A model generated the notes under the pieces. That model saw only the letters and a list, made by a program, of their open reading frames with translations, was not told the origin of the DNA and made no database searches. The position numbers were made by a program, and so were the translations under genes. DNA of 64,000 nucleotides from Rhynchobatus australiae (lineage: Eukaryota). Location: assembly GCA_034780895.1 (NCBI GenBank), contig JAUZTB010000069.1, positions 20,733,509 to 20,797,508 on the forward strand. Direction: 5' to 3'. This document shows positions 39,885-51,774 of this stretch, one piece after another (position 1 is the first letter of the stretch; every line of letters starts with the position of its first letter).

Positions 39885-40164
39885 GCAGAGAACCAATATC
39901 TGATTAAATATCTACCACATCACATGGACGATATACTGTGGCTAATCATTTGGTAACCAATGATAAAATGACCAGCTGTCATCAGCATTTCTCTGCATGC
40001 ATATTCCAGTGCAAAATCCCCAAGCTCATGTCTGTGATTCAGTGCACCTCCTTAGGCTGCGCTGCTTATAACCTTCTCTAGTGAATTCAAGAGAAATCAT
40101 TTGAACTGACATGAAGATCAGGTATTTCTGAACTAATTCCATTTATACTCTCTTCTACAATTAC

Positions 40165-40348
40165 CTTGGACCAAGTTCGTCTTCGCTGCGCCACCCAAAG
40201 TCTCCAAACTTTTCATAATGAGAGTTGTAGTGGTGTATCACTCGATATACCATGGGGGAAGAGATCTCCATCAGCATGTTGTAGGCTGTTTGCTGCTCTT
40301 TCCCACTGGTGTAGCCATTAAATAGACTGTAGATTATCTCCGCTATTT
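40165..40348 (-). CDS. ASTN2: Astrotactin-2, penultimate coding exon (184 bp)
   Basis: Encodes (E)[60 protein letters not shown](R). [23 protein letters not shown] is ASTN2-type rather than ASTN1. Acceptor ttttgcAG at 40350-40349, donor GTAA at 40164. G+AA completes the Glu codon from the previous exon. Confidence 0.97.
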
Positions 40349-40589
40349 CTGCAAAAACCATAAGAGAGTTAGAAACAGCTTTGAGGTCCTGCAGTAAAAA
40401 GTGAACAAACAAAGTAAAAATGCAACTAAAATGTTAACAATTGGAATAATAATGTCTTCATCCATCTTGGCTGTGAGGGTTGCTGATTGGTTAATTTGGC
40501 AATGACATGTCGTGACATATTTTGACAAGGAATATTTCATGTGCAGCTACACATCTTTACAGTATTTTGTTTGGCCTTCGATAAAATTT

Positions 40590-40870
40590 TAGAAAGTCTA
40601 CTATGGGGATTGAAACACAAAATCTAGGCTGACCATCCAGGGCAGTTCTAAAGGAGAGCTGTCCTATCAAGTATATTGTCCATTAGACAGGTTATTAAAC
40701 CAATGCCCTGACTGCACCCCAAGGTGAATGGATAAAGATCCTGTGGTTTTATTTCCAAGGGTAGTTTTGCCTGTTGTCTGATATTGATCCAATGAGGCAG
40801 ATCACAGTAGGATCTCAATGTGTGCAGACTGGCTGTCATGCTTACTACAGTGCAGCAGCAAGCATCGTTG
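40590..40870 (+). mobile_element. DeuSINE (SacSINE1/AmnSINE1-like), decayed
   Basis: aatctaggctgac...gtccattagacaggttattaaaccaatgccctgactgcaccccaaggtgaatggataaagatcctgtggttttattt resembles the Deu-domain consensus as recalled. Confidence 0.6.
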
Positions 40871-40904
40871 ATTTAGAGTGTTTTATTGTCCTAAAGCCAC
40901 CATG

Positions 40905-41215
40905 GGAACACCGGAAGCACTCAGCCGGTGAGGTAACATCTGAGGAAAAGAGGAACAGAATTAAGATTTCAAGTCAAAGACCCTTCTTCAGAACTTAGAA
41001 AGAGAGAAAAACAAATCAGTTTTGAGTTGCAGGTAAGTTGGAGGGATGGATGGATAGGAAAGAAGAAATATCTGCGATAACTTATTTCTCTCTCTTTCTG
41101 GTTCTGTTGATGGGTTTCCAACATGAAACCTTGACTCTGTTTCTCTCTCCACAGATGCTGCCTAGCCTACTGAGTATTTCCTGCTTTTTCTGTTGTATTT
41201 CAGATTTACAGCAAC
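40905..41215. mobile_element. Penelope-like terminal repeat, inverted pair; minus arm has an intact hammerhead core
   Basis: Minus arm AGTT-CTGAAGA-A-GGGTC-TTT-GACTT-GAAA-TC-TT-AATT (40995-40959); plus arm ggttctgttgatgggtttccaacatgaaaccttgactctg...agatgctgcctagcctactgagtattt. Confidence 0.8.
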
Positions 41216-42494
41216 TGTATATATATTTTATCCACTGCAGGAATGCAAGACTTTCTTTCTCTCAATGTTTTTATGGTTATGCTTGCACATTTCCATCAAG
41301 TATCAATAGTGGGGGAATAAAATGGTCTTAACCATCTATTAAGCTAATGGGTGCCCCTGTTCCTATTGAATTAACAGGGCTTGGTAATGTCAGGGTACAT
41401 ATCATTCTTGAGTAAGGTATGGAAAATACCCTCTTTGTGGCCCACTGTTACCCTTCATTATTGATAGTAAATGAATGAATATTTAAAATCCCTCACTATC
41501 ATAAAATAAAAACAGTTTCACAATCTAAAGCAAGCACTATGAAGTTCAGAAATTAAAAAAAATTGCAAAGGGTTCAGAAACCGTTTGGCTGCTCCAGTAA
41601 TTAGTTTTCACAATTTCTGCACTGTTTAGGCTCAAATCCTCCTCATTTCTGTCAGACCTTGCTTTCATGAGCAATGGGGGGAAATGCTTACTTACCATAA
41701 AAATCAGTGTATAACTCACAGTGGTATAGAAGTTGCTGTCCACTCTTTTAGCTGCTTCAAAAAATACTCATGAAGTGAAATTATGCATTTTTTTTTATTG
41801 TGCATCGTCCAGTTAACACCATCTGAATTCCAAGCCAAACTTGCAAAACCACTGCCCTTGGTTTTAATTTATCTACATTAGCTCTATGAACTCCGATATA
41901 GATTGAGAATGGGGGCACTTCAATTTTGGGTCAAATAGTAAAAGGCTGGAAAATTAGGTTGTGCAGAACCTTGCAATGTTGGAAGAAAATGTGAAATGGT
42001 TTGTAGCTGTTACCTTTAAGGCTGATACAAAATCAAAACAGTGAGAATGGTGAGGGAGTATCAAGGCTCAGCAGTCCATCAGTTTCATGCGATGTGGTTA
42101 ATTTCTTTCACAGCCTCTTTAGATAAGTGTCTTTAAGACAGCAAAGAATGGAGCTGACAAATGACTGGCTGCCCTCGTCTGAAAATACCTAAATGTAACC
42201 GGCTGGCTTAAATCAAATAACCTCACAAATCAGTCTGTAAAACTGTTAGATAAGATTTTATTGCATAGATTTTAAGTCAAAGAATTAGTCATAATGAAGA
42301 GTTACAGTGCAGCAATTATTGTGTCAGTATTTATCCAGGCTCACCAATTTTCAACTTCAGTGGATATTTTCTTTCAGGAAAAGCTTCTGAATGAATCTAA
42401 TTTGTAACCTTTGTCTTTCAATTAATTTATAAACAGAAGGGAGCAATTAAGGTAAAAGAGGAGTTCTGTTTCACCAAACATCTCTTGCTTCCAT

Positions 42495-42890
42495 CACATA
42501 ATCAAAGACCCCACCCACCCGGGACATTCTCTCTTCTCTCCTCATCCATTGGGTAGAAGGATACAGGAGCCCGAGGGCACGTATCACCAGACTTAAGGAC
42601 AGCTTCTACCCCACTGTGATAAGACTATTGAACAGTTCCTTTATAAAATGAGATGGACTATGACCACACAATCTGCCTTGTTGTGACCTTGCACTTTACT
42701 ACACTGCACTTTCTCTGTAGCTGTGACACTTTACTCTGTACTGTTACTGTTTTCACCTGTACTACATCAATACACTTTGTACTAACTCAATGTAACTGCA
42801 CTGTGTAATGAATTGACCTGTATGATCGGTTTGTAAGACAAGCTTTTCACTGTACCTTGGTACGTGACAAAAATAAACCAATGCCAATAC
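42495..42890 (+). mobile_element. Rex1/Babar-type LINE 3' end
   Basis: Encodes IIKDPTHPGHSLFSP.PLGR...TRLKDSFYPTVIRLLN with frameshifts; tail ttttcactgtaccttggtacgtgacaaaaataaacc. Confidence 0.8.
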
Positions 42891-44514
42891 TAATACAGTC
42901 ATTCTGAAATAAAGTAAGGTTTTGCTGGTTTGACTCATTTGACTTGTTTAAAGTTGGGATTGTTAAAATGTGTTGGAAATAACTCATGTGATTTTCAAAG
43001 ATTTACATGGAATTAAGGTGGAACTTGAATTAAAACTGTTATTAATACTCATGGTGCAGAATATAAGCTGTTCAGCCCCACCTACCTAATATACCATTGA
43101 ATAAGATCATGGATGAGAAAGGGTTAATGTTGATTAGCTGGGACAATGGCTGATGTTAGGAGATTCTACACACAATTAAATCTTTATCTCATTCCTGCCA
43201 TTGGAGAAAATTGGTGGGGACATAAAATCATAAGAAAATATCAGTAGGAAGAAGCCACATGACCCCTCAAGCCTGCCCCATCATCCAATATGATCATGGG
43301 ACATGGGAGATAAAAAAGAAAGAGGGAGAAGAGCACATTTAGAACGAAGGGTGCTTCAACCTCGTCTCATTTTCTAACTTGTTGCTACTCAAGAACACAA
43401 TTGCCACTGAAGAGATAAGGACAGTAGTCATCTTAAATAAAAACTAAGACGACAAGATTAAAAGGGCAGTTGGACAGAGGACTTCCCTTTCCACACTGCC
43501 TTATCTCATTACATGAATACTTCTTGATTCCTCGTTTTATTCCCAGTCAATTTTGTGCTTTTCTGCCCTGTGATCTTAGTCCTAAATTTTTAAACAAAAG
43601 TTCTTGCCACGTGAGAAAAATCAAAAATGTTCAAGGGTGAATTTTGTCCTCAACAGCAAGGCAACAACTCTTGCCATCAGAAAGGCTCTCACAAGAATCT
43701 TGTGATCTTCTGATTGAGGTTGTTTCCATTTCTGACATTAGTTGCTGTTGGGCATCAGTTCAAAGGCCACCCTGAAGTCCAGCAGCAGTGATATCATCGG
43801 GTGACCCAGCTGCCAGACACATTGGAGCACTCTCACAAAGTGCAAACTGGGAGGGAAAAGACACTATTTTTAGCTGATGCTTTACATACGTTTCAGATCA
43901 GTAAACAGAAATTGGAACGTACACAAAATTAAGGTTGAAACTGAAATAAATTTCGAACACAAAAAAACCCATATTTTGAAACATTTAATGAAGAAATTAT
44001 GGTCCACATAAAATAAATCTCCTGAGAACAGAGGGAGCACTAAGCACTGCTGTGGTGGAGACAATTTTGAAATATATAATGTAATACATTTTCAGGCTAT
44101 TTCACATTGAGACAGTTCATAAATTCTTAAGGTTCCTGTCAATTCAAGTAATATTCCATGATTCTGGAAGAAAAGGCTGCAAAATAACATTGCAACATGG
44201 GCAACTTCTGGGTTTCTGTGTTATACATGTGTGAAAATCCTGAAGTTGCTGCCAGTTTCTTTCTGCAAAGACATGGCTGATGACATAACAAACCGTTGGG
44301 TTTCACCTTCCTACAACCCCAAAATCGGGGCTAGTTTTCACTTATACTTCTCCCGTTCCCTGCAAAAATAGACTTCTTAATTATTTGTGTTGCTACAAAT
44401 TAAGGCAGATTCATTACTCTAATGTAGAGAAGTCAATTGAAGCCAGAAGTCCCTCAGAGCTTTGTCTGGAGCTGATGTCAGATTAAAAGCAACAAATGCA
44501 TGAAAAATATCATA

Positions 44515-44860
44515 GATTTATGGAGCATGGAAACATGCTCTGCATCCCACCAGATCCAAGCTGACTATCAAGCAACTACTTACAGTAATCCTACACATCC
44601 CATTTTATTCTCCCCACATTCTCATCAACTCCCCTGAGATTCTAATATTCAGCTAAACACTGGGGACAATTTACAGTGGCCAATTAATCTATCAATCTGT
44701 ATATCTTTGTCATGCGGGCAGANNNNNNNNNNNNNNNNNNNNNNNNNNNCAGTCACAGGGCAAACATGCAAACTTCGCACAGGCTGCACCAAAGGTCAGG
44801 ATTGAACCCAAGTCGTTGGAGCTTTGAGGCAGTGGGTCTACCAGCTGTGCCACTGTGCAA
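44515..44860 (-). mobile_element. V-SINE (HE1-like)
   Basis: cagtcacagggcaaacatgcaaact...ggattgaaccc...ggagctttgaggcag...gccactgtgc; CR1-like tail at about 44520. Confidence 0.8.
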
Positions 44861-45440
44861 CCCAAGAATCCAAGGAAATATGCAAATAGTGAAGCTCAAA
44901 AGAAACAAAAATTAAAAACGAAAATCAGAAAAGGCGAACTGAAAACAAGCACTATAAAATTTTACCAAGAAAAATATGTTTTGAAAGGAAATCGTTCAAA
45001 ATGTTGACAATGTTTCTAGTTATAGCAGAGGTCAAACTTTGGAGTCATCCAAAGAATGACTGAAAAAAAATTCCAGAAGGTAATTTTGTCTCTACTGAGA
45101 ATGGGGTTAAAATGTGGAACCCACTATTGGGACGAATAGTTGAGGTAAATATCAGAGATGCCTTGAGGAGGAAGCAAGATAATGACATGATGGAGAAATG
45201 AGCAGAAGGTATGCTGATAGGATTAGCTGAGGCAGGGTGAAAGGAAGCTTGTGCCAAGCATAAACAAGGTTATGGACCATTTGGGCTGAACTTACTGATC
45301 CTGTGCCACAATCCACTTGTAAACTAAATCCAACAAACTTGAAACACAGGTAGTGTGACTCTTATACTAGATTTGCAAATAAAACCCATGAGATGCAATA
45401 GCTTATCAAAGGAGTCTGATTGAGGAAAAAGGGTGCTTAC

Positions 45441-45541
45441 CTTCAGCTTTGATGTCATCAATCAGTTGGCAGGTAGTTCTCATGGTGACTGCACTTGGTT
45501 CAGATCGCCTCCCTCTACTGTCCAAAGCATACAGTGTAAAC
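45441..45541 (-). CDS. ASTN2: Astrotactin-2, third-to-last coding exon (101 bp; end of FN3 region)
   Basis: Encodes (R)FTLYALDSRGRRSEPSAVTMRTTCQLIDDIKAE, close to recalled mammalian ASTN2 FTLYAVDTRGRHSELSTVTLRTACPLVDDNKAE. Acceptor ttgtctcAG at 45543-45542, donor GTAAGC at 45440. Ends in phase 1. Confidence 0.95.
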
Positions 45542-45899
45542 CTGAGACAACAACAGAGCACTTGGCAGGTAAGAGATCCACTCAAAGAAAGAAACTTCAA
45601 CATGCAGGTCTTAATGTAACTTTATTGTTAGTATGTACTGTACAGCAATATACTATACTGTACAGCAAAACGTGCTGTGATCTCCATTGCACCATAATCA
45701 TGCTTACCAGTTTCATAATAATTGTCTTAAAAGAACAACACTGGCAAATTGTCCAGCAATGTGGTTTCAGTTGGGAAGTTTGCTGCAACCACACACTTCT
45801 TCAGTTTTGGTGCCATTTCTGAAGGTTACTAATGCTGTTTTTACTAATAGATGATTAAACAAGTTGTTTGTGGCTACAAAAATGCTTCAGCTCTACCTC

Positions 45900-46220
45900 C
45901 CTCCCTTTATTCCATGTTCCACCTTCCTCTGCTGTCAGATTCCATCATCTTCGGCCCTTTGTTACTTCCACCTATCACCTCCCAGCTTCTGACACCATTC
46001 CCACACTCTCCCTCCCTCATCTGCCTATCACCCTCCCTCCCTCCCTCGCCTGAATCCTACCAGCTCTTGCTCCACCCTTTCCCTCCACCTTTTTTTGCTG
46101 GCCATCTTCCCTCTTCCTTTCAGTCCAGATGAAGGGTCTCAACCCAAAATGTCAACTGTCCATTTCCCTCCATGGATGTTGCCTGACCTGCTGAGTTTCT
46201 CCGATGTGTTGTTTTGCTGT
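45900..46220 (+). mobile_element. Penelope-like 3' region and terminal repeat with decayed hammerhead
   Basis: Pyrimidine-rich tract, then cagtccagatgaagggtctcaacccaaaatgtcaactgtccatttccctccatggatgttgcctgacctgctgagtttctcc. Confidence 0.8.
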
Positions 46221-47200
46221 GTCTCAGCTCTACTTAGATGAGATGACATGTTTAGTGCATCTGATTTTAGCTTTCACGTTTCTAAAGCCACAGGAACACA
46301 AGAAAATAGGAGCAGGAGTTGGCCACTTTGCCCCTAAAGCCTGCCCCACCATTCAACATGTTCAAGACTGATCTATACTGGCCTCAACTCTTCAGTGCCA
46401 GTTCCCCATAACCCTCAATTCCTCAATCTTTCAAATATTTATCTCTCTTCACCTTAAATGCATCACATGATGTACTAAACTAACTTTATTCTTCAGAACA
46501 AGGTGTAAAATGAGAGGTTTTGGAATGAAAATATCTGAAAGCTATTNNNNNNNNNNNNNNNNNNNNNNNNNNNNNNNNNNNNNNNNNNNNNNNNNNNNNN
46601 NNNNNNNNNNNNNNNNNNNNNNNNNNNNNNNNNNNNNNNNNNNNNNNNNNNNNNNNNNNNNNNNNNNNNNNNNNNNNNNNNNNNNNNNNNNNNNNNNNNN
46701 NNNNNNNNNNNNNNNNNNNNNNNNNNNNNNNNNNNNNNNNNNNNNNNNNNNNNNNNNNNNNNNNNNNNNNNNNNNNNNNNNNNNNNNNNNNNNNNNNNNN
46801 NNNNNNNNNNNNNNNNNNNNNNNNNNNNNNNNNNNNNNNNNNNNNNNNNNNNNNNNNNNNNNNNNNNNNNNNNNNNNNNNNNNNNNNNNNNNNNNNNNNN
46901 NNNNNNNNNNNNNNNNNNNNNNNNNNNNNNNNNNNNNNNNNNNNNNNNNNNNNNNNNNNNNNNNNNNNNNNNNNNNNNNNNNNNNNNNNNNNNNNNNNNN
47001 NNNNNNNNNNNNNNNNNNNNNNNNNNNNNNNNNNNNNNNNNNNNNNNNNNNNNNNNNNNNNNNNNNNNNNNNNNNNNNNNNNNNNNNNNNNNNNNNNNNN
47101 NNNNNNNNNNNNNNNNNNNNNNNNNNNNNNNNNNNNNNNNNNNNNNNNNNNNNNNNNNNNNNNNNNNNNNNNNNNNNNNNACAGAGAAAACAAGCAGGCT

Positions 47201-47202
<2 letters not shown>

Positions 47203-47239
<37 letters not shown>

Positions 47240-47260
47240 CTTCTGTCTCTCTCTCTCTTC
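47203..47260. repeat. (CT)n microsatellite, interrupted
   Basis: Direct reading of the sequence. Confidence 0.95.
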
Positions 47261-47332
47261 TTCAGACTGACTCCGACTGGTTGTTTCAACAACAACGTCA
47301 TGACGTTCTTTATCTTCTGTTGACATAAGCAC

Positions 47333-47361
<29 letters not shown>
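47333..47361. repeat. (CA)n microsatellite
   Basis: Direct reading of the sequence. Confidence 0.95.
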
Positions 47362-47363
<2 letters not shown>

Positions 47364-47859
47364 TCTTAAAGGAACCTCACTAATGGTCCTAGTCCGTAAC
47401 ACAAGCTAAATAAATCTTTTATACTACTTGCATTTGGATAGTTCCCAGATTGTGATTTAAAAGTGTATGTTGTGAAACACTGTCACAAAATGTTCCAAAA
47501 TTCTTAGTTTGAATTTTTTTTCTGAGCAAAATCTCGTAAACACTTTTGTAGCTTGAGGAAACGCTACCTCAAATGTCACAGTCAAAGAAACAAATAAATC
47601 TATTTGTTTGGTAAGGAAAATTACTTCAAATTTCAAGCAAAGTTCAAAAAAGGGCTGATCAAAGTACTGGCCATCTGTAAATCCAGACATGGCGAATCTA
47701 GTTTCTACAAAGGCAAAATTCAGAAGCAAATATGTCATATTTCAGACAAATTCACCATCAATCACATATGCTAAGCAGGTAATAGTAAAGTATCTGTGCA
47801 TTGTCATCCATTTCTGAAATTCAATTCCACTATCTTCATTCTGAATTTTGCAGGTGGAA

Positions 47860-48775
47860 TATAAGAATATAAACACAAGGTGCAACAGATGGCCATCTGA
47901 TCCTTCAAGCCTTCTCTACTAGTCATCAAGATCATGGCTGATCTTCTACCTCTGTGCTACTTTCCTGTCCTTTTGCCATATCTCCTGATTTCCTTTATAT
48001 CCTGAAATCTATAAATCTCGATTTTGAGTGAACTCAATGCTTGAACAAGGTTGTGAATTCCAAAGATTCACCATCCTCTAGGTGAAGACATTTATCCTCA
48101 TTTCAATACTAAATGGCCTGCCTTTTATTCTGAGACTTGTGATCCCTGGTTCTAGATTTCTCAGCCAGGGAAACATCCTTCCTGCATCCATCTGAAAAAA
48201 ATTTCTAAGTTTCAATGAGATTATCTTTCATTCCTCTACACTCCAGAGAATGCAGGCCTATCTTCTCAATCTCCTTGTCTGACAAACTTGCCATCCTAGG
48301 AACCAGTCCAGTGACTCTTCATTGCACTTTGTCTTTGTAGTTTTTATTTGGTAAGTAGATCAAAACTCAATACCTCAGGTGCTGTTAATCAATGGCCCAT
48401 GTGACAGCAGTAAGGCATCTTTACTCTCGTACCCAAATCCTCTTGCAACAAAGGCCAACATATCCCTTGCCTTCCTAATTGCTTACTGCATCTGCACTTT
48501 AATTTTCATTTACTAGTGTACAGCATCACCTACATTCTTTTTAACATTTTGCACTCTCTCACTATTGGAAGAATTGTCTGGTCCATAATTTTCTGCATTA
48601 TGTTCCAAATGCCATGGTTTTGACCACACATTTAGTTTGTCTGTATTCCCTTGAAGGCTGTTTACATCCGCCTCCATATTGGTTTTGTATCATCAGCCAA
48701 CTTGGAAATTTGACATTTGGTCCTCTCAGGCAAATCGTTGTCAAAGATCAGAAGACCTGGGGCCCAAGCACTGAT
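47860..48775 (-). mobile_element. CR1-type LINE 3' fragment
   Basis: Reverse complement gives SVLGP at about 48760-48775 and SKLADDT at about 48685-48705; CR1 tail at about 47860-47900. Confidence 0.85.
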
Positions 48776-48794
48776 TCAATATCATAAGACAGGA

Positions 48795-49270
48795 CCTGGC
48801 AAAGTAGATTGGGAGCAGCTACTTGCCATTAGGCTAGTGGGACTCATTTAAAAGTGAAACAATGGGAGTTCAGAGCCAATGTGTTCTCAGAAGGATGAAA
48901 AGAACAGACAAGCTGGTCAAGGGAACCATGGATGTCAAATGTTACTGGGGGGGTTGAAAAGGAAAATTAAAAGAAAGCAAATGGCAGGCATAGAGAATGG
49001 AAAGCAGGGGAGGCCCTTCAAATATAGGAAGTGTAGGGAACTACTTAAAACAAGAAATTAGGAGGACAAAGAGGAGGCATAAGATATCACTGGCAGACAA
49101 GAGTAAGGAAAATCCCAAAGCATTTTCTACTTACGTTGAGGGTTGGGGGTAACCAGGGATAGAACAGTGTCCATTGGGGATCAAAATGGCAATTTGTACT
49201 AGAGCCAGAGTACATAAATGAAGGCTTGAGTGAATACTTCTTTTCTGTGTTCACTAAGGAGAAGGAAATT
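48795..49270 (+). mobile_element. CR1 ORF2 fragment (endonuclease-RT linker)
   Basis: gattgggagcagctactt, tgggactcatttaaaag, aaggaaaatcccaaagcattttc (KENPKAF) and gaatacttcttttctgtgttcactaaggag (EYF.SVFTKE). Confidence 0.75.
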
Positions 49271-49829
49271 GCAGTTGGAGAATTCATAAAAGGAGTGGTG
49301 GGGGCGGATGGGTGGGCAGTGAAATTCAAGCCTATGCCAGAAAACAGGAAGGTGAGATTAATAAGGCCACAATGAATATCAGGGTCCCTGTTATCTATTC
49401 CAAAGGACCATTTGGAAGCATGCAAAAAACATATCACTCCTTTTGATGTCAGTTTCAAATGTGGGAGTCAAAGATTCTGTTAGTCTATCAGAACTAAANN
49501 NNNNNNNNNNNNNNNNNNNNNNNNNNNNNNNNNNNNNNNNNNNNNNNNNNNNNNNNNNNNNNNNNNNNNNNNNNNNNNNNNNNNNNNNNNNNNNNNNNNN
49601 NNNNNNNNNNNNNNNNNNNNNNNNNNNNGTTAACATAAACTGAAGTTAACATAAATTATACATAACTTAAACAAAATAAACATGAGGCCTCTGAGAGGAA
49701 TTCAGCGGCACCAAAGATGACTGGTCCTATTTAGCTTGTGCGGATACTTCAAGCAATTCATTGAAACAATTCTGTATTCAATAAACTAGGCAAATTCTTC
49801 AGAAGAAGCATTAGCCTGATCAGTAGGTC

Positions 49830-50190
49830 AGTAGGATGCAGGTTCAATTGCGACTCGGCTGACACCATAATACGTGACTGCTGTCAGGGGTGTTACCATT
49901 CAATGTGACGCTGAGGCTACATTTTGAATCTGCTCTCGTACATAAGATGCAATAGAATCATTGAAAGAAGATGGTCTTCCCTCTCACTTCATACCTTGTC
50001 CTCCTCCATCCTCATCCCCCTCCGCCTTGCATCCACTCCATAATTTTACTGACATTTGTCCTTCAATCAACATCACAAGAGGATTTCATGTCATTTACCT
50101 CACTGCTCTTTGTGAGACTTGCTGTGAATATTGGCTGTCATGTTTTTTTCACATGACAACAGTGACAAATGTTCAGAAAATACAATGAGG
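49830..50190 (+). mobile_element. DeuSINE (SacSINE1-like), decayed
   Basis: tttgtccttcaatcaacatcac...tgctctttgtgagacttgctgtgaatattggctgtcatgttt...acatgacaacagtgac resembles the recalled SacSINE1 3' half. Confidence 0.6.
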
Positions 50191-51399
50191 CTGAGGTAAT
50201 CTGTCATCTGACTATTTGAAAATCCCAATTGTTTGGCATCTGGCTCACCAGGTGATGTGTCCAGCACTCCCTTGAAACTCACTTGGGGCCCCAAGTTCCC
50301 ACACACCCTACAAAATTTTCCCAACCCTGTTTCCTGCACTCCTTTGAAACAAGAGGTTCACTGGAAATTTTATTATAAAACCATATATTATCTGAAAAGT
50401 GAATTAAAAAGGTTATTTAAATATATAACTAATAACATCCAGTGATCGGGAAAATATGCCAGTCCAGCACAAACAAAATCCACGGATTAACGGTATTCAG
50501 TGTATTTCTATGGCAACAAAATACTTCACAATGTCGAACTATACTACGCAAATATGAAAACTTTTTAACAGCGATATTTTCACTGGTGTGCCAGTTTCTA
50601 CCCTCGGTTGCTATTACCAGATCACAAAGGCACAACAGTGAATTCTCTTACTTAAGAATAAAAAACACATCAGATTGCTTATCATGCTTGCAGATTTTAC
50701 ACGGTCTGGATAAAGAATGTTAAAATTATAGAGATTCCTTTCCAATTTTCTAATTTTTCCATGTATTATTCAAAGTTGTCATCATTTGTTAGCACATTGA
50801 GATTACAGCATTTGGACCTTAAATGCATTTTATTTGTTCAAGAATAACTGCNNNNNNNNNNNNNNNNNNNNNNNNNNNNNNNNNNNNNNNNNNNNNNNNN
50901 NNNNNNNNNNNNNNNNNNNNNNNNNNNNNNNNNNNNNNNNNNNNNNNNNNNAGGGGAGAACACTTCCTGAATGGTGAAAAGCTCAAAAAAACAGCGGAGG
51001 TCCAAAGAGAGTAGGAGTCCATGCACATAAATCATTATAATGTCACAGGCATGTACAGAAAGTAACTGAGAAGGCTAATGGAATGTTATCTTGAGGGTTA
51101 GACTTTATGCTGCAGTTATACAAAGACGAGGTTAGGCCACACTTAAAGAACTCAAGGCAATGATGAAATCCACACCGTATGGACCAGAATGGCCTCGTGG
51201 GGTGATCCTTTCAAGGTTAAATTACCAGATGAGTTTGTACAATTACCTGGTACTTGTAAGGTTAAGGGGCGATTGTTTCAAATGCTTTCAACGTATTGAG
51301 AAGAAATATAGATTAATGAGACAAGTCATTTCACTGGTGGAGAATTTCAAACCAGAAGCCATGGTTTTAAAATGGTGGAAGCAACACATGTCCTCACAA

Positions 51400-51615
51400 A
51401 CTACCCGCCCGCCCATACCATCTGTCTTGGTCTCCATCCTATCACAGGCATCTTCCTTGTTCTCTCCACCCCTCCTCTGCATCTTAAATAATATTTGTCT
51501 TATTTTTCGAGTTCTGATGGGAAGTCTTTGACCTGAATTATTAACTCTGTTTCTCTCTTCATGGATGTTGCCTGACCCGATGAGTATTTCCGGGATTCTT
51601 TGTATTTTCACTTTA
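51400..51615 (+). mobile_element. Penelope-like terminal repeat remnant
   Basis: gagttctgatgggaagtctttgacctgaattattaactctgtttctctcttcatggatgttgcctgacccgatgagtatttcc. Confidence 0.7.
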
Positions 51616-51774
51616 AATCTCAAACAACCTGCTTGTCGGTACACCATCCATCAGCCTAAGCGTTCATTGCCTCCACCGCCAGCACCCAGTGGCTGCAAAG
51701 TACCTATAAAATGCATTGCAGCTACTCTCCTAGGTACCAATGACTCCCAAACTCACAACCCCTACCACTAAGGA

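Larger units (their letters stand above)
47181..47401 (-). mobile_element. Probable LTR 5' end, truncated by the 46547-47180 gap
   Basis: Minus strand begins TGTTAC at 47401 (an LTR-type TG terminus), then (TG)n, the palindrome AACGTCATGACGTT and (AG)n. CpGs are retained. Confidence 0.45.

Noticed and set aside
39278-39907. 209-aa Pro/Ser/Leu-rich ORF
   Set aside because: It is a by-product of the pyrimidine-rich Penelope-like repeat, with no protein-family signal.
46486-47361. Long ORFs made largely of X residues (also near 16.6k, 26k, 28k, 57k, 58.6k)
   Set aside because: They are read-through of N gaps and microsatellites.
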